Positions 19,377-28,692 of a stretch of 64,000 bases of DNA are shown piece by piece. The notes below the pieces were generated by a model, which saw only the letters and a list, made by a program, of their open reading frames with translations, did not search any database and was not told the origin of the DNA. The translations under genes were made by a program, and so were the position numbers. The DNA comes from Planctomycetota bacterium (GTDB lineage: Bacteria > Planctomycetota > UBA1135 > UBA2386). The stretch covers positions 5,984,001 to 6,048,000 of the forward strand of contig OZ245838.1 of assembly GCA_965228735.1 (NCBI GenBank), read 5' to 3'. Every line of letters starts with the position of its first letter. Position 1 is the first letter of the stretch.

Positions 19377-20741
19377 ATGACCGACCCTGCCAGCCCGATC
19401 CGCCTGCCGACCCGTACGCACGTCGGCTACGCGTTCGCCGACGTCGGGCTCAATGCGGTCGAGGTGGCGCTGCGGCTCTACCTGCTGATCTTCTACACCG
19501 ACGCGGTCGGCCTCCGGGCCGACCTGGCGGGGCTCGCGCTCGCGCTCGGCCTGCTCTGGGACGCGGTCACCGATCCGCTCATGGGTGCCATCTCCGACCG
19601 CACCGCGCACGGTCGGTTCGGGCGCCGGATCTACATCTGGATCGGCGGCGCGCTCCTGGCCGCGGCCGTGCTGCTCCTGTTCACCCCGCCGGCGATCGAG
19701 TCGCAGTGGGGGCGCTTCGCCTATCTGCTCGTCGTCGCGTGCTTCCTGAACACCGCGCTGACGATCATCAACGTGCCCCACATGGCGATGGCCGGGGAGA
19801 TGACGCGGGATCCGGGTGAACGCGCCGCGATCTTCGGCTGGCGGTTCGCGTGCATGAACGTCGGCGCGGTCTTCGCGGCAGCGCTCCCGGCCGTGTTGCT
19901 CCAGCTCCGTGGTCAGCAGGACACCAACCAGGTCCTGGGGGAGTTCAGCCTCGTCGTCGCGTTCGTGGTGCTCGGTTCGGCGCTCGTGACGTTCTTCGCG
20001 ACGCGCCGTATTCGGTTCCTCGTGGTTCCGCCGCGGTCCCGTTCGTTCCTGCGCGAGATCCAGGAGGCGTTCGGCAACCCGACGTTCCGACCGCTGGTCG
20101 CCGTCTACGTCGTCGCGATGATCGGCATCGGGGTGAACGGGACCACGGCGCTCTACTACTACGGCTATGCCCTGGACCTGACCGACAAGCAGATCCAGAT
20201 CATGCTCGCGGTGTTCCTGCTGGTGTTCACGCTGTCGATCCTCGGTTGGGTCAAGCTGAGTCAGCGATTCGGCAAGGTCCGACCGATCATCGTCGGCGCC
20301 GGCACGCTCGGGGTCGTCACGAGCGTGCTGTACCTCGTCCTGCCCGCCGGCAACTTCGTCCTGCCGCTGCTGCTCGGCGCGGTCGGCCTCGGGTCGCTCG
20401 TTGGCTGCATCGTGCTCATCGATGCGCTGCTCACGGACGTCATCGACCACGACGCCGTGCGGACCGGGGTCCGGCGTTCGGGCGTGTTCTTCGGCGTCTG
20501 GCGCTTCACGTCGAAGCTCGCACGGGCTGCCGCGATGTGGGGGGTTGGCATGCTGCTCGACACGGTGGGGTTCGTGCCGAACGCCGAGCAGACCGAAGAC
20601 GTGCGCTTCGCGCTCTCCGTCATGTTCGGCCCGGGCGTCGGTCTGTGCTTCCTCGGTGCCGCGGTGTTGCTCGGGTACTACCGCTTCACGACGGGCAAGC
20701 AGGAGCAGGTGCGCCGTATCCTGGCCCGTCGTCGCATCTGA
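19377..20741 (+). CDS. MFS transporter, glycoside-pentoside-hexuronide (MelB-like) family
   Basis: WDAVTDPLMGAISDRT...GRFGRR; about 12 hydrophobic helices; DVIDHD...G.RRSG.FFG. Confidence 0.9.
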   Translation: MTDPASPIRLPTRTHVGYAFADVGLNAVEVALRLYLLIFYTDAVGLRADLAGLALALGLLWDAVTDPLMGAISDRTAHGRFGRRIYIWIGGALLAAAVLLLFTPPAIESQWGRFAYLLVVACFLNTALTIINVPHMAMAGEMTRDPGERAAIFGWRFACMNVGAVFAAALPAVLLQLRGQQDTNQVLGEFSLVVAFVVLGSALVTFFATRRIRFLVVPPRSRSFLREIQEAFGNPTFRPLVAVYVVAMIGIGVNGTTALYYYGYALDLTDKQIQIMLAVFLLVFTLSILGWVKLSQRFGKVRPIIVGAGTLGVVTSVLYLVLPAGNFVLPLLLGAVGLGSLVGCIVLIDALLTDVIDHDAVRTGVRRSGVFFGVWRFTSKLARAAAMWGVGMLLDTVGFVPNAEQTEDVRFALSVMFGPGVGLCFLGAAVLLGYYRFTTGKQEQVRRILARRRI

Positions 20742-20745
20742 GCGA

Positions 20746-22233
20746 TCACTTGCCGTCGAGCTGACGGAGCGCCGCCTTGGCGAGCGCTGCGACGGCGGGA
20801 TCGGTGTGTGACGCGAGCTCGTTCAGGCGCCCGCGAACCGGGCCGGCATCGATCTCGAAGATGCCGATCGCCGGGATCGCCTCGCGCAGGATCGCGATGT
20901 CGTCGCTGCGGATCGCGGCGGCTACGGCGGCTTGCACGACCGGGCGATCGCCGGCCGGAACGGGCGTGCGACCGATCGCGCGAGCGGCGCGCAGACGGTC
21001 GCGGCGGCTGCCGTCATCGAGCATCTTCGCGAGCGCGGCGGCGGCTTCCGGCCGACCCTCGGCGACATGCGCGAGGGAGCGCGCGGCGGCGAGTCGGATC
21101 GCGGAGTCGTGATCGAGGTGGAACCCGAAGGTCCCGCTCATTCCTTCCGGCAGCGACCACGCGACGTTCACTCGGCGTGGGTGCTTTTCGGTGAGCGCCG
21201 TTCGCAGCGCTTCGATCGCTTTCGCTCTGTCCGCGTTCCGGACTTCACGGAGCAGCCGGGCGGCGAGTTCCCGTTCGTACGGGCTCTCGCTCGTCAGGCG
21301 GCTGAGCCACTCGCGCCCGCCGTCTGCCGGGCCGAACTCGAGTCGGTGCAGCAATCGCGCCACCTCGCGCCGCGAGTACGCGATCGCTCGCCTCGGTCCG
21401 CCAACTGCGGGGCCGGCTCCGACGCCGCCGCCTCCGGCCGGGCCGCCGGCCGCCGGGCCGCCGCCGGCCTTGGGTCCTGCGGCGGGTCCTGCCGCTGGGC
21501 CGGCGGCGGGGCCGGCGCTCGCGAACGCCTTCAGCAGCACGGCGCGTTTGAGCGCTCGCTGACCGTCGACCGTGCCGAACGGCGCGAGCTCGGCGGCTGT
21601 CAGGACGGCGGGGCCGATCTCGGCGCTGTCGGACTCGACCGCGAGGATCAGTTCTGCGATCGCCGGCAACGCGGCGCCGGCTCGGGCCTCGAGCGCACGC
21701 AACGCGTCGAGCGCTGCGACCCGCGGGGCGCCCTCGTCCGCGAGGATCGCCGCGAGTGCGGGGACCAGCGCGGTGTTCCGTTGCTCGAGAACGGCCCGTC
21801 CCATGGCGCGCGTGCCGGGTGTCGAGCTCGTGAGCATCTCGAGGACCTTGCGCGCCTGATCGGTGTCGGGCAACGGATCCTGGACCGGATCCTGGATCGG
21901 GTCCTGATCCGGGACCCCGGCAGGCGCGCGCGGATCGTTCGGTTCGAAGGGTCCCTCGCTCGCGCCGCCGGCTGCGAGAACCGCGAGCACGCCGACGACC
22001 GTGACGCCGAGCAGCGCCGCAACGGCAACGAGCCACCGGCTCGAGCTCGGCTGTGGTGCCGCGCCGTGGACCAGCGCTTCGCGGCTCGACGCGTCGCTCG
22101 CGGCGAGCGTGCGCTCCAGCAGATCGGGCGCGGGTCCGACGCCCTCGGCTTCGGCGAGCAGCGTGTCGAACAGGCGGTCGTCGAGCTCGCGCTCGAGGCC
22201 CGTCACATCTTGCGGTTCGTCATCGTGGTTCAT
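20746..22233 (-). CDS. Putative anti-sigma factor: short N domain, TM helix, HEAT-like repeats
   Basis: ATGA overlap with upstream ECF sigma; single TM (WLVAVAALLGV...); HEAT-like IRLAAARSLA and DRLRAARAIG. Confidence 0.6.
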   Translation of the reverse strand: MNHDDEPQDVTGLERELDDRLFDTLLAEAEGVGPAPDLLERTLAASDASSREALVHGAAPQPSSSRWLVAVAALLGVTVVGVLAVLAAGGASEGPFEPNDPRAPAGVPDQDPIQDPVQDPLPDTDQARKVLEMLTSSTPGTRAMGRAVLEQRNTALVPALAAILADEGAPRVAALDALRALEARAGAALPAIAELILAVESDSAEIGPAVLTAAELAPFGTVDGQRALKRAVLLKAFASAGPAAGPAAGPAAGPKAGGGPAAGGPAGGGGVGAGPAVGGPRRAIAYSRREVARLLHRLEFGPADGGREWLSRLTSESPYERELAARLLREVRNADRAKAIEALRTALTEKHPRRVNVAWSLPEGMSGTFGFHLDHDSAIRLAAARSLAHVAEGRPEAAAALAKMLDDGSRRDRLRAARAIGRTPVPAGDRPVVQAAVAAAIRSDDIAILREAIPAIGIFEIDAGPVRGRLNELASHTDPAVAALAKAALRQLDGK

Positions 22234-22808
22234 GACAGCTTCCTCCCGACACAATCACGCAGCGCCGCGCGCGCACGTTGCAGCGCGGTCTTCACGCCGT
22301 TCTCCTGCAGACCGAGCCGTTGGGCGACGTCCTGCCGCGAACGACCTTCACCGTAGAACAGGCGCACGATCTGCCGCGGGCGGCCTTCGAGACCGTCGAC
22401 GCATTCGCGCAGGGCCTCGACGCGGCGGTCGCCGTTGTCGTTCGGGCCGGCGCCGCACACCCGTTCGAACACCGTCTCCGCGGCAGTGGCGAGGAGCCGC
22501 GCCCGGCGGTTCCGGCGTTCGTTGCCGCGCAGCCAGAGGTGGCGGACGGTGTGCCGCAGGAACGCCGCCGTCTCGCGCTCGTCGCGATCGCCGACGCCCT
22601 TCTGCAGCGCCACGACGAAGGTCTCCTGGGTGAGATCATCCGCCTCGTCGGGCCGGCAGCCGAGCAGTCGGGCGAAGCGCCAGACCGCGCGCAGGTGGGT
22701 CTGCACGAGGTGCTCGGACCCGCACGACATGGGCGTGTCCGATGGCGTGTCGGGGGGCGGGGAGGCCGGGTCGGGCGCCGGGTTCATGGCAAGGGTCGCG
22801 CTGGACAT
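22230..22808 (-). CDS. ECF RNA polymerase sigma factor
   Basis: EADDLTQETF region 2 and region 4 HTH (SRQDVAQRLG...VKTALQRARAALRDC). Start uncertain (22808, 22787 or 22730). Confidence 0.9.
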   Translation of the reverse strand: MSSATLAMNPAPDPASPPPDTPSDTPMSCGSEHLVQTHLRAVWRFARLLGCRPDEADDLTQETFVVALQKGVGDRDERETAAFLRHTVRHLWLRGNERRNRRARLLATAAETVFERVCGAGPNDNGDRRVEALRECVDGLEGRPRQIVRLFYGEGRSRQDVAQRLGLQENGVKTALQRARAALRDCVGRKLS

Positions 22809-22892
22809 CGCTAACAGCTCCCGTGAGAGGGGGGCAGGGTATTCCGCTGATTCCGGTTTCTGTCGCTGGGGGAGGTTGACGATGGAGCGCGT

Positions 22893-23642
22893 ATGACGGA
22901 GCGTCGGACCGTGCTGTCGTTCGTGATTCCGGCTCACAACGAGGAGCCCAACGTCGGTGCCACGGTCGCGAGCGTGCAGCGCGCCGGGCGGGCGCTCGGC
23001 GTGCCGTTCGAAGTCGTCGTCGTCGACGACGCGTCGACCGACGAGACGGCGGCCGTCGCGCGTGCGGCGGGTGCGCGGGTCGTCCCGGCCTCCGTGCGGC
23101 AGATCGCGCGCTCCCGCAATGCCGGCGCCGCGGCAGCCGAAGGTGAGCACCTGATCTTCGTCGACGCGGATACCGTCGTGACCGACGAGGTCGTGCGGGC
23201 CGCACATGCTACCCTCCTGGCGGGCGCCGTCGGCGGTGGTTCGGCCGTGCGATTCGACGACCCGATCCCGCGCTACGGTCGTCTGTTCCTGTGGCTCGGC
23301 ATGCCGGCATCGCGGCTCGCGAAGGTCGCGTTCGGCTGTTTCGTCTACTGCCGGCGCGACGCGTTCGAGGCGATCGGCGGCTTCGATACCGAGCTGTTCG
23401 CGGGGGAGGAGATCGAGTTCTCGCGGGCGCTCAAGCGACTGCGTCGCGGCCCCTTCGTCTGTCTGCGCGAAGCCGTCATCACGTCCGGACGCAAGCTGCG
23501 CACGTACTCCGCATGGCAGCTTCTCACGGCGCTCTTCCGGCTCTTCGTGCTCGGGCGCCGCGGCGTGCGGCGGCGCGAGGGGCTGGAGCTCTGGTACGGG
23601 CCCCGCAAACCCGACCCCGGGCAGTCGCAGCAGCCATCTTGA
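22893..23642 (+). CDS. GT2 family glycosyltransferase
   Basis: SFVIPAHNEE, VVDDASTD, SRNAGA, IFVDADT, IGGFD. Confidence 0.9.
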   Translation: MTERRTVLSFVIPAHNEEPNVGATVASVQRAGRALGVPFEVVVVDDASTDETAAVARAAGARVVPASVRQIARSRNAGAAAAEGEHLIFVDADTVVTDEVVRAAHATLLAGAVGGGSAVRFDDPIPRYGRLFLWLGMPASRLAKVAFGCFVYCRRDAFEAIGGFDTELFAGEEIEFSRALKRLRRGPFVCLREAVITSGRKLRTYSAWQLLTALFRLFVLGRRGVRRREGLELWYGPRKPDPGQSQQPS

Positions 23643-23699
23643 CCAGGAGTTCACGGAGTCCGCGTCACGGTCGCGGGCTGGTCCTCCTACTCTCGCGGC

Positions 23700-24563
23700 A
23701 TGGCTCGCTCGTCCGCGGTTCTGATCGTCCTCGCTTCGTCGTTCTCGAGTGTCTCTCTGTCAGCGCAGGGTGATGCCGTGCTCGCGCGGCTACAGCGGGA
23801 GTCGCAGCGCGCGCCCCTCGTCGTGGCCCACCGCGGCAGCAGCTCGACTCATCCGGAGAACACCCTCGCCGCGTTGCGCGCGGCGGTCGCGGACGGAGCG
23901 CACGTGGTCGAGTTCGACGTCCAGCTGACGAAGGACGGCCGTTGGATCTGCATGCACGACACGACGCTCGATCGTACGACGGACGCCGTCGCGCAGCTCG
24001 GTCGCCCGAAGGTCCGCGTCGCGGATGTCACGTTCGAACAGATCCGCGCGCTCGACGCGGGCAGCTGGTTCGATGCGAAGTTCGAGGGCGAGAGAGTGCC
24101 GACGCTGGCGGCGGCGCTCGCCGTGATCCTGCCGGGAGCCGTGCCGATGATCGAGCGCAAGGGCGGCGCGGCCGAGGCGCTCGTCGACGAGCTGCGCCGC
24201 CTCGACGTCGTCGACCGGGTGCTCGTCCAGGCGTTCGACTGGGACTTCCTCGCGGTCGTGCATCGGGCCGAGCCGCGGCTTCTCGTCGGGGCGCTCGGTA
24301 GCGGCGAGTTGACCTCGGAACGGCGGACGGAGCTTCTTCGGACGGGCGCACGGATCGTTCATTGGGCGCGGACGGGCGTGACCGTCGAAGCTGCGAAGGC
24401 CGTGCGATCGACGGATCAGCTGCTCTGCGTCTACACGGCCAACCCGGACATCGAGCTGCTCGGCGCTGCGGCCCTGGGTTGCCATCTCGTCACCACGGAC
24501 CGCCCGGCGCGGATGGCCTGGCTGCGCCGCGAAGGGCTGTTGGGCGGCCCGAAGGCGCGCTGA
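23700..24563 (+). CDS. Secreted glycerophosphodiester phosphodiesterase
   Basis: VAHRG, PENTL, EFDVQLTKDG, HDTTLDRTT, TTDRP; signal peptide LSA|Q. Confidence 0.9.
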   Translation: MARSSAVLIVLASSFSSVSLSAQGDAVLARLQRESQRAPLVVAHRGSSSTHPENTLAALRAAVADGAHVVEFDVQLTKDGRWICMHDTTLDRTTDAVAQLGRPKVRVADVTFEQIRALDAGSWFDAKFEGERVPTLAAALAVILPGAVPMIERKGGAAEALVDELRRLDVVDRVLVQAFDWDFLAVVHRAEPRLLVGALGSGELTSERRTELLRTGARIVHWARTGVTVEAAKAVRSTDQLLCVYTANPDIELLGAAALGCHLVTTDRPARMAWLRREGLLGGPKAR

Positions 24564-24625
24564 TCCGAATCTGGCGCTGCCGCGGCACGCTCGGGGCCCC
24601 GATGTGGCATGATCTCCGTCTCGCC

Positions 24626-25348
24626 ATGGTGCACGACCCGTCCAAACCCGATCCGAAGCGCGACGCCGAGTCGAAAACCGACCCGGTTGTCGGTTCGGAG
24701 ACCGACCCTGTCGTCGGTTCGGAGACGACCAATCTCGTCCGCAAGGCGCAGAGCGGGGAAGGCACCGGCGCGTGGACCCCGCTGTCGGACAAGATCGCGT
24801 ACTACCTGCGGACCCGGTTCGGCAACGCCGGCTTCCCGCCGGGCATCGAGTTCGACGATTTCGTGAGCGACATGATGGCGCGCGTGATGACGTCGATCGA
24901 CTCGTTCGAGGACCGCGGCAACCAGTCGTTCTGGCGCTGGGTCCAGACAATCGGCGGCAACCTCTGGCGTGACATGTGGCGGCGGTTCGAGCGCGATCGC
25001 AAGCTCGGCATCGCGGGCCGCGGCGAGACCCCGTCCGGCGGCGACGAGTCCGGGATCCATCGCGTCGACTCGGCGCCGATGATCGGCGAGACGCCGACCG
25101 GCATCGTGCGGTTCCGCGAGCTCGAGCAGGCCGAGAAGGAGTGCGTCGACCGGTTGCCGGCGGTGCTCAAGAAGGTCTACGTCGCGCGCCGCGTGCACGA
25201 GCAGTCGTTCGCCGAGATCTCCGCTGCCGAGGGCGGCACCAATCACGCGACGCTGCGCAGCCACTACATGCGCGCGCGCGACACGGTGCGCGACTGCCTC
25301 GCGCGCCGGATCGACGAGCTCGGCAAGACGTTCACCGGCTGGCGGTGA
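24626..25348 (+). CDS. ECF sigma factor (divergent)
   Basis: DDFVSD...FEDRG..SFWRWV region 2; SFAEIS...TLRSHYMRARD region 4. Confidence 0.75.
   Translation: MVHDPSKPDPKRDAESKTDPVVGSETDPVVGSETTNLVRKAQSGEGTGAWTPLSDKIAYYLRTRFGNAGFPPGIEFDDFVSDMMARVMTSIDSFEDRGNQSFWRWVQTIGGNLWRDMWRRFERDRKLGIAGRGETPSGGDESGIHRVDSAPMIGETPTGIVRFRELEQAEKECVDRLPAVLKKVYVARRVHEQSFAEISAAEGGTNHATLRSHYMRARDTVRDCLARRIDELGKTFTGWR
24677..24724. repeat. In-frame 24-bp tandem duplication (TDPVVGSE x2)
   Basis: accgacccggttgtcggttcggag / accgaccctgtcgtcggttcggag. Confidence 0.9.
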
Positions 25349-27173
25349 TCCGTGCTGCGTCGGCGCGCCGTGAGGAGGCGTCGCCGGTCGGTCGTATCGC
25401 GAGAGCGGTGAAGAACCCGGGGAAGTAACGCCCCGCCGCGATCGCATCGCGCGAGCGCTGTTCGAACTCGTTCTCGGCCTCGAACAGCGGCTCGACGTCG
25501 CCGAGCTTCGCGAAGCGGTTGATGCTCGTGCTGCGCAGCTCGAGGCCGCAGTCCTCGAGCCAGCCGTGGACCTCGCGCAACGTGTGCTGCGTCTCGTGCG
25601 GGTGCAGCACCTGATCGCGGAACCACGATCGGATCATCGAGGCGTCCCCGGCGTGCGCGCCGTCGAGCTCGCGGTAGCGCTCGAACGCGATCTCTTCGCC
25701 CTGGTCGCGGACCAGGTCACGAAAGTGCTGTAGGAACGGCCGCCGTCCCGGCTCGTGGTAGAGGCCGATGTAGACGTGACCGCCCCGGCGCGCGAAACGC
25801 TGGACATGTCGGAACGCGCGCGCGCAGTCCTTGGTGTGATGTAGCACCCCGAGACTGATGACGAGGTCTACCGGTGCGTCGGCCTCGAACTCGAACAGAT
25901 CGTTCTGGACGAACTGCGTGCGCCCCGCGACACCGAGCCGCTTGGCGACCTCGCGCGCGCGTTCCAGAGCTGCCGGCGTGAAGTCGACAGCCGTGACCTC
26001 GACGTCATAGTGGTGTGCGAGCGTCGATGTGAGCCATCCGCCGCCGCAGCCGATCTCGATCGCGCTGCGAACTTGACCGCTCTGCAGGAGCTCGTGCAGG
26101 TCCGGGTATGGTTCCGCCAGAGAGTGGGCGCGGATCGAGCTGGCAGCGGTCTTCGCATCGCCGTGGTGGTTGAACGGCAGTGCGTCGTAGAAGCGACGCA
26201 CCTCGTGGCCGATTCCGCTCGCCCCCGGTCGCTCGGGCCGGGGCGCGCCGTCCGCCGCCAAGGATGCGGCGCGCGGTTCGCGGACCGATTCCGCGACGTC
26301 GCGTAGCCGGCCGCTCGCGACGAGCCGCGCGAAGACGCTCGCCGCGATCCGAGCGTGGGTCTCGGCACCGAAGTGGGTGCCGTCGTGAGCGCGATCGACG
26401 TCGGGCGCTTGCTCATCGTGCGGTTGGTAGAACGTCGGGTCGATCGCGTCGATGAGGGGCGCCAGCACGGGATGCGTGGCTGCGTTCTCGGCGGTGGGCT
26501 GGACGCAGCGGCGGCTCGTGGCGATTGCCGGGATGCCGCGCGCGGCGAGGAAGCTCTGCACGAGCAGCAGCTCGCGAAGCATCACGAGCTGCGGTTGTCG
26601 GATGTCCGGGAAGTTCAGGTAGCGGTGCCCGTACTTGCTGGCCATACCCCACGGGTCGTCGCTCGGTAGTTCACTGAGCGTGCGCGCGTTCTCCGGTTCG
26701 TTGAGCCATGGGCCCGTGTGCACCGTCGCATCGCGTACCGCGATTTCCGTCCGATGGGGCGAAGCGAAGTTCACGACGGCAAGTCCCGGCGACAGGGCCC
26801 CGCACTGGCTGATGACGCTGCGGGCCACGGCGGCGTTGGACCCGCCAGGGTCGGCGAAGTTCACGAGATTGACCTCGTCTTTGCCGAGGCCGAGCTCGCG
26901 CCGGACGAGTTCCGTCAGCGCGGCTGGCCAGGTGTCCTCGAGCGGCAGCGCAACGCCGAAGGCGTCGCTCTCGCCGAATGCGAACACGTGCAGCCGGGCT
27001 GCGGGGTCGTAGCCCGCGCCGCGGTATCCGCAGGCGTCGAACTCGTAGAGCACAGCGCCTGACGAGTCGCCGCCGTGCTCTCGGCACGACCAAGGCGCGC
27101 CGATGTTGTTTCGGCGATCGTTGCTTGGTCCCGCGTAGGGTACGGGTCCGGGAGCCATGCTGGCGTCGGTCAT
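25332..27173 (-). CDS. Fusion of SGNH-like domain and class I SAM-dependent methyltransferase
   Basis: N half: FGESDAFG, NFADPGGSN, DGTHFG. C half: EIGCGGG, VDFT, VISLGVLHHT, IGLY, WFRDQVLHPHE. Start moved to MTDAS. Confidence 0.75.
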   Translation of the reverse strand: MTDASMAPGPVPYAGPSNDRRNNIGAPWSCREHGGDSSGAVLYEFDACGYRGAGYDPAARLHVFAFGESDAFGVALPLEDTWPAALTELVRRELGLGKDEVNLVNFADPGGSNAAVARSVISQCGALSPGLAVVNFASPHRTEIAVRDATVHTGPWLNEPENARTLSELPSDDPWGMASKYGHRYLNFPDIRQPQLVMLRELLLVQSFLAARGIPAIATSRRCVQPTAENAATHPVLAPLIDAIDPTFYQPHDEQAPDVDRAHDGTHFGAETHARIAASVFARLVASGRLRDVAESVREPRAASLAADGAPRPERPGASGIGHEVRRFYDALPFNHHGDAKTAASSIRAHSLAEPYPDLHELLQSGQVRSAIEIGCGGGWLTSTLAHHYDVEVTAVDFTPAALERAREVAKRLGVAGRTQFVQNDLFEFEADAPVDLVISLGVLHHTKDCARAFRHVQRFARRGGHVYIGLYHEPGRRPFLQHFRDLVRDQGEEIAFERYRELDGAHAGDASMIRSWFRDQVLHPHETQHTLREVHGWLEDCGLELRSTSINRFAKLGDVEPLFEAENEFEQRSRDAIAAGRYFPGFFTALAIRPTGDASSRRADAARITASR

Positions 27174-27181
27174 CGCCGCGA

Positions 27182-27283
27182 TCAGAACAGCGGGTAGATG
27201 TTCGGGTTCTTGTTCTTGCGGCGGAACGGTCGGAGCAGGAACTGGAACGGGGCTCGAGCCAGCCACTTCAGCATGCGGAGCAT
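27182..27283 (-). CDS. 33-aa basic microprotein ending NPNIYPLF (SxtK/DUF5989-like C-terminus)
   Basis: MLRMLKWLARAPFQFLLRPFRRKNKNPNIYPLF fits the gap between two co-oriented genes; it is the C-terminus of track ORF 27182..27865. Confidence 0.6.
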   Translation of the reverse strand: MLRMLKWLARAPFQFLLRPFRRKNKNPNIYPLF

Positions 27284-27321
27284 CTTGGTCGGAGCAGTTG
27301 GGTTGGATGGGAGGGGGTCGG

Positions 27322-28692
27322 TCAACTCGTGGCGCCGGCACCGACGAGTCGGCGATGCAGCGCGCGGGCGCCGAGGCCGGTGGCGGCGAGCACGACCGCA
27401 GTGCCGGCGAGGACGCAGTCGGTCGGCATCGGGGTGCAGACCGCAGCCGCGAGCCCGAGGAACGCGGCGCGGAACGACCAGCGTTCGGCGAACTCGACGC
27501 GGCGCACAGCGAGCGCGCAGTCCGCACACTGATGGACGTGCGCCGACCGCCGATCGATCGGACGCGCGGCCGGCGGTTCGTGGGACTGCTGGCCGCGCGT
27601 GCGCAGGCCGATGAACTCGGGGCGGTCGCTTCCGTATTGGTCGAGCCACTCGCGATACGCGATCACGAGGCGGTCGCTCGAACGCAGCGGCAGCCAGTGT
27701 CGCGCGAGCGGCCCGCGCGTGCGGGCTAGGTTGTCGGCCTGCCCCATGACGACGGCCATGTCTTCCTCGAGCAGGTGGCACTGGTAGCCGTGCTCGAAGA
27801 ACCGCGGCCGCACGCGGTCGCGGAACGAGGCGAAGTTGGTGTAGGCGCGATACAGCAGCCGGCACCGGTCGCGGGCGAGCGGCGTCGAATAGAGCGCGAG
27901 GCCGGCGATGCGGTCGTCGCCGTAGTCGGTCCAGTAGTGAACGAGGCCGGGCGCACGGAACGCGGCGTGCGCGGTCGCGCCGCCCGTGTCGCGAGGGTCA
28001 TCGCCGTCGGCGCGCGTCAGCGTCGTCTCGAAGCCGTCGGCCCGGATCTCGGACAGCTCGAACTCGAGTGGCCCGGCGAGCTCGCGAAGCCCGCCGCCGC
28101 GCGACCGGTCGTGCGCGATGTGGATGTGGGCGTAGTCGAGCACGTTCTCGATCAGGAAGTCCTGGCCGTATGGCAGATCGATCGCGAAGTCGATGCAGTG
28201 CACGTTCTCGGCGTCGACGTCGGCGACCGTGAGCGGCGGTGCGTCGGCGGCGGGCTCGGCGTCACTGCCGGCGACGTCGTCGTTCCGCGTCTCGCGCAAC
28301 CAGACGAGGCCCTGGGCTTCCTGCACCTCTGCCGTCACCGCGCACGCGCCCGCCGGGATGCCCTGCGACGACAGCCGTTGCGGGATCGACGTGCAGCGGC
28401 CGGCGCCATCGAAACGCCAGCCGTGGTAGCCGCACTCGATCTCGCGCCTGCCGGTGCCGTCGGCGCGCAACCTGCCATCCGACAGCCGCGCGCCGCGATG
28501 TGGGCAGTGATCGCGGAGCGCCTTGACCGACCCGTCACCATCCCGGAAGAACACGCAGCCATGGCCCGCGATGTCCACGCGGTGCATTCGCCCTTCCGCC
28601 ACGTCCCTTGCGAACGCCACCGGATGCCACGGCCGCGCGCCGGGGCGCGTCGGTCGCTGCTCGAGGGGCGCGATTGGGGTCGAATGGGACAT
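27322..28692 (-). CDS. Rieske non-heme iron oxygenase, pheophorbide a oxygenase (PAO/Tic55/PTC52)-like
   Basis: CPHRG...CGYHGW Rieske site; ENVLDYAHIHIAH mononuclear Fe site; HVHQCADC CxxC followed by hydrophobic C-terminus. Confidence 0.85.
   Translation of the reverse strand: MSHSTPIAPLEQRPTRPGARPWHPVAFARDVAEGRMHRVDIAGHGCVFFRDGDGSVKALRDHCPHRGARLSDGRLRADGTGRREIECGYHGWRFDGAGRCTSIPQRLSSQGIPAGACAVTAEVQEAQGLVWLRETRNDDVAGSDAEPAADAPPLTVADVDAENVHCIDFAIDLPYGQDFLIENVLDYAHIHIAHDRSRGGGLRELAGPLEFELSEIRADGFETTLTRADGDDPRDTGGATAHAAFRAPGLVHYWTDYGDDRIAGLALYSTPLARDRCRLLYRAYTNFASFRDRVRPRFFEHGYQCHLLEEDMAVVMGQADNLARTRGPLARHWLPLRSSDRLVIAYREWLDQYGSDRPEFIGLRTRGQQSHEPPAARPIDRRSAHVHQCADCALAVRRVEFAERWSFRAAFLGLAAAVCTPMPTDCVLAGTAVVLAATGLGARALHRRLVGAGATS

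Noticed and set aside
25332..28692. Saxitoxin-like cluster or evidence of photosynthesis
   Set aside because: No sxtA/sxtG/sxtI-like genes, carbamoyltransferase or photosynthesis genes in the window; only family-level resemblance.
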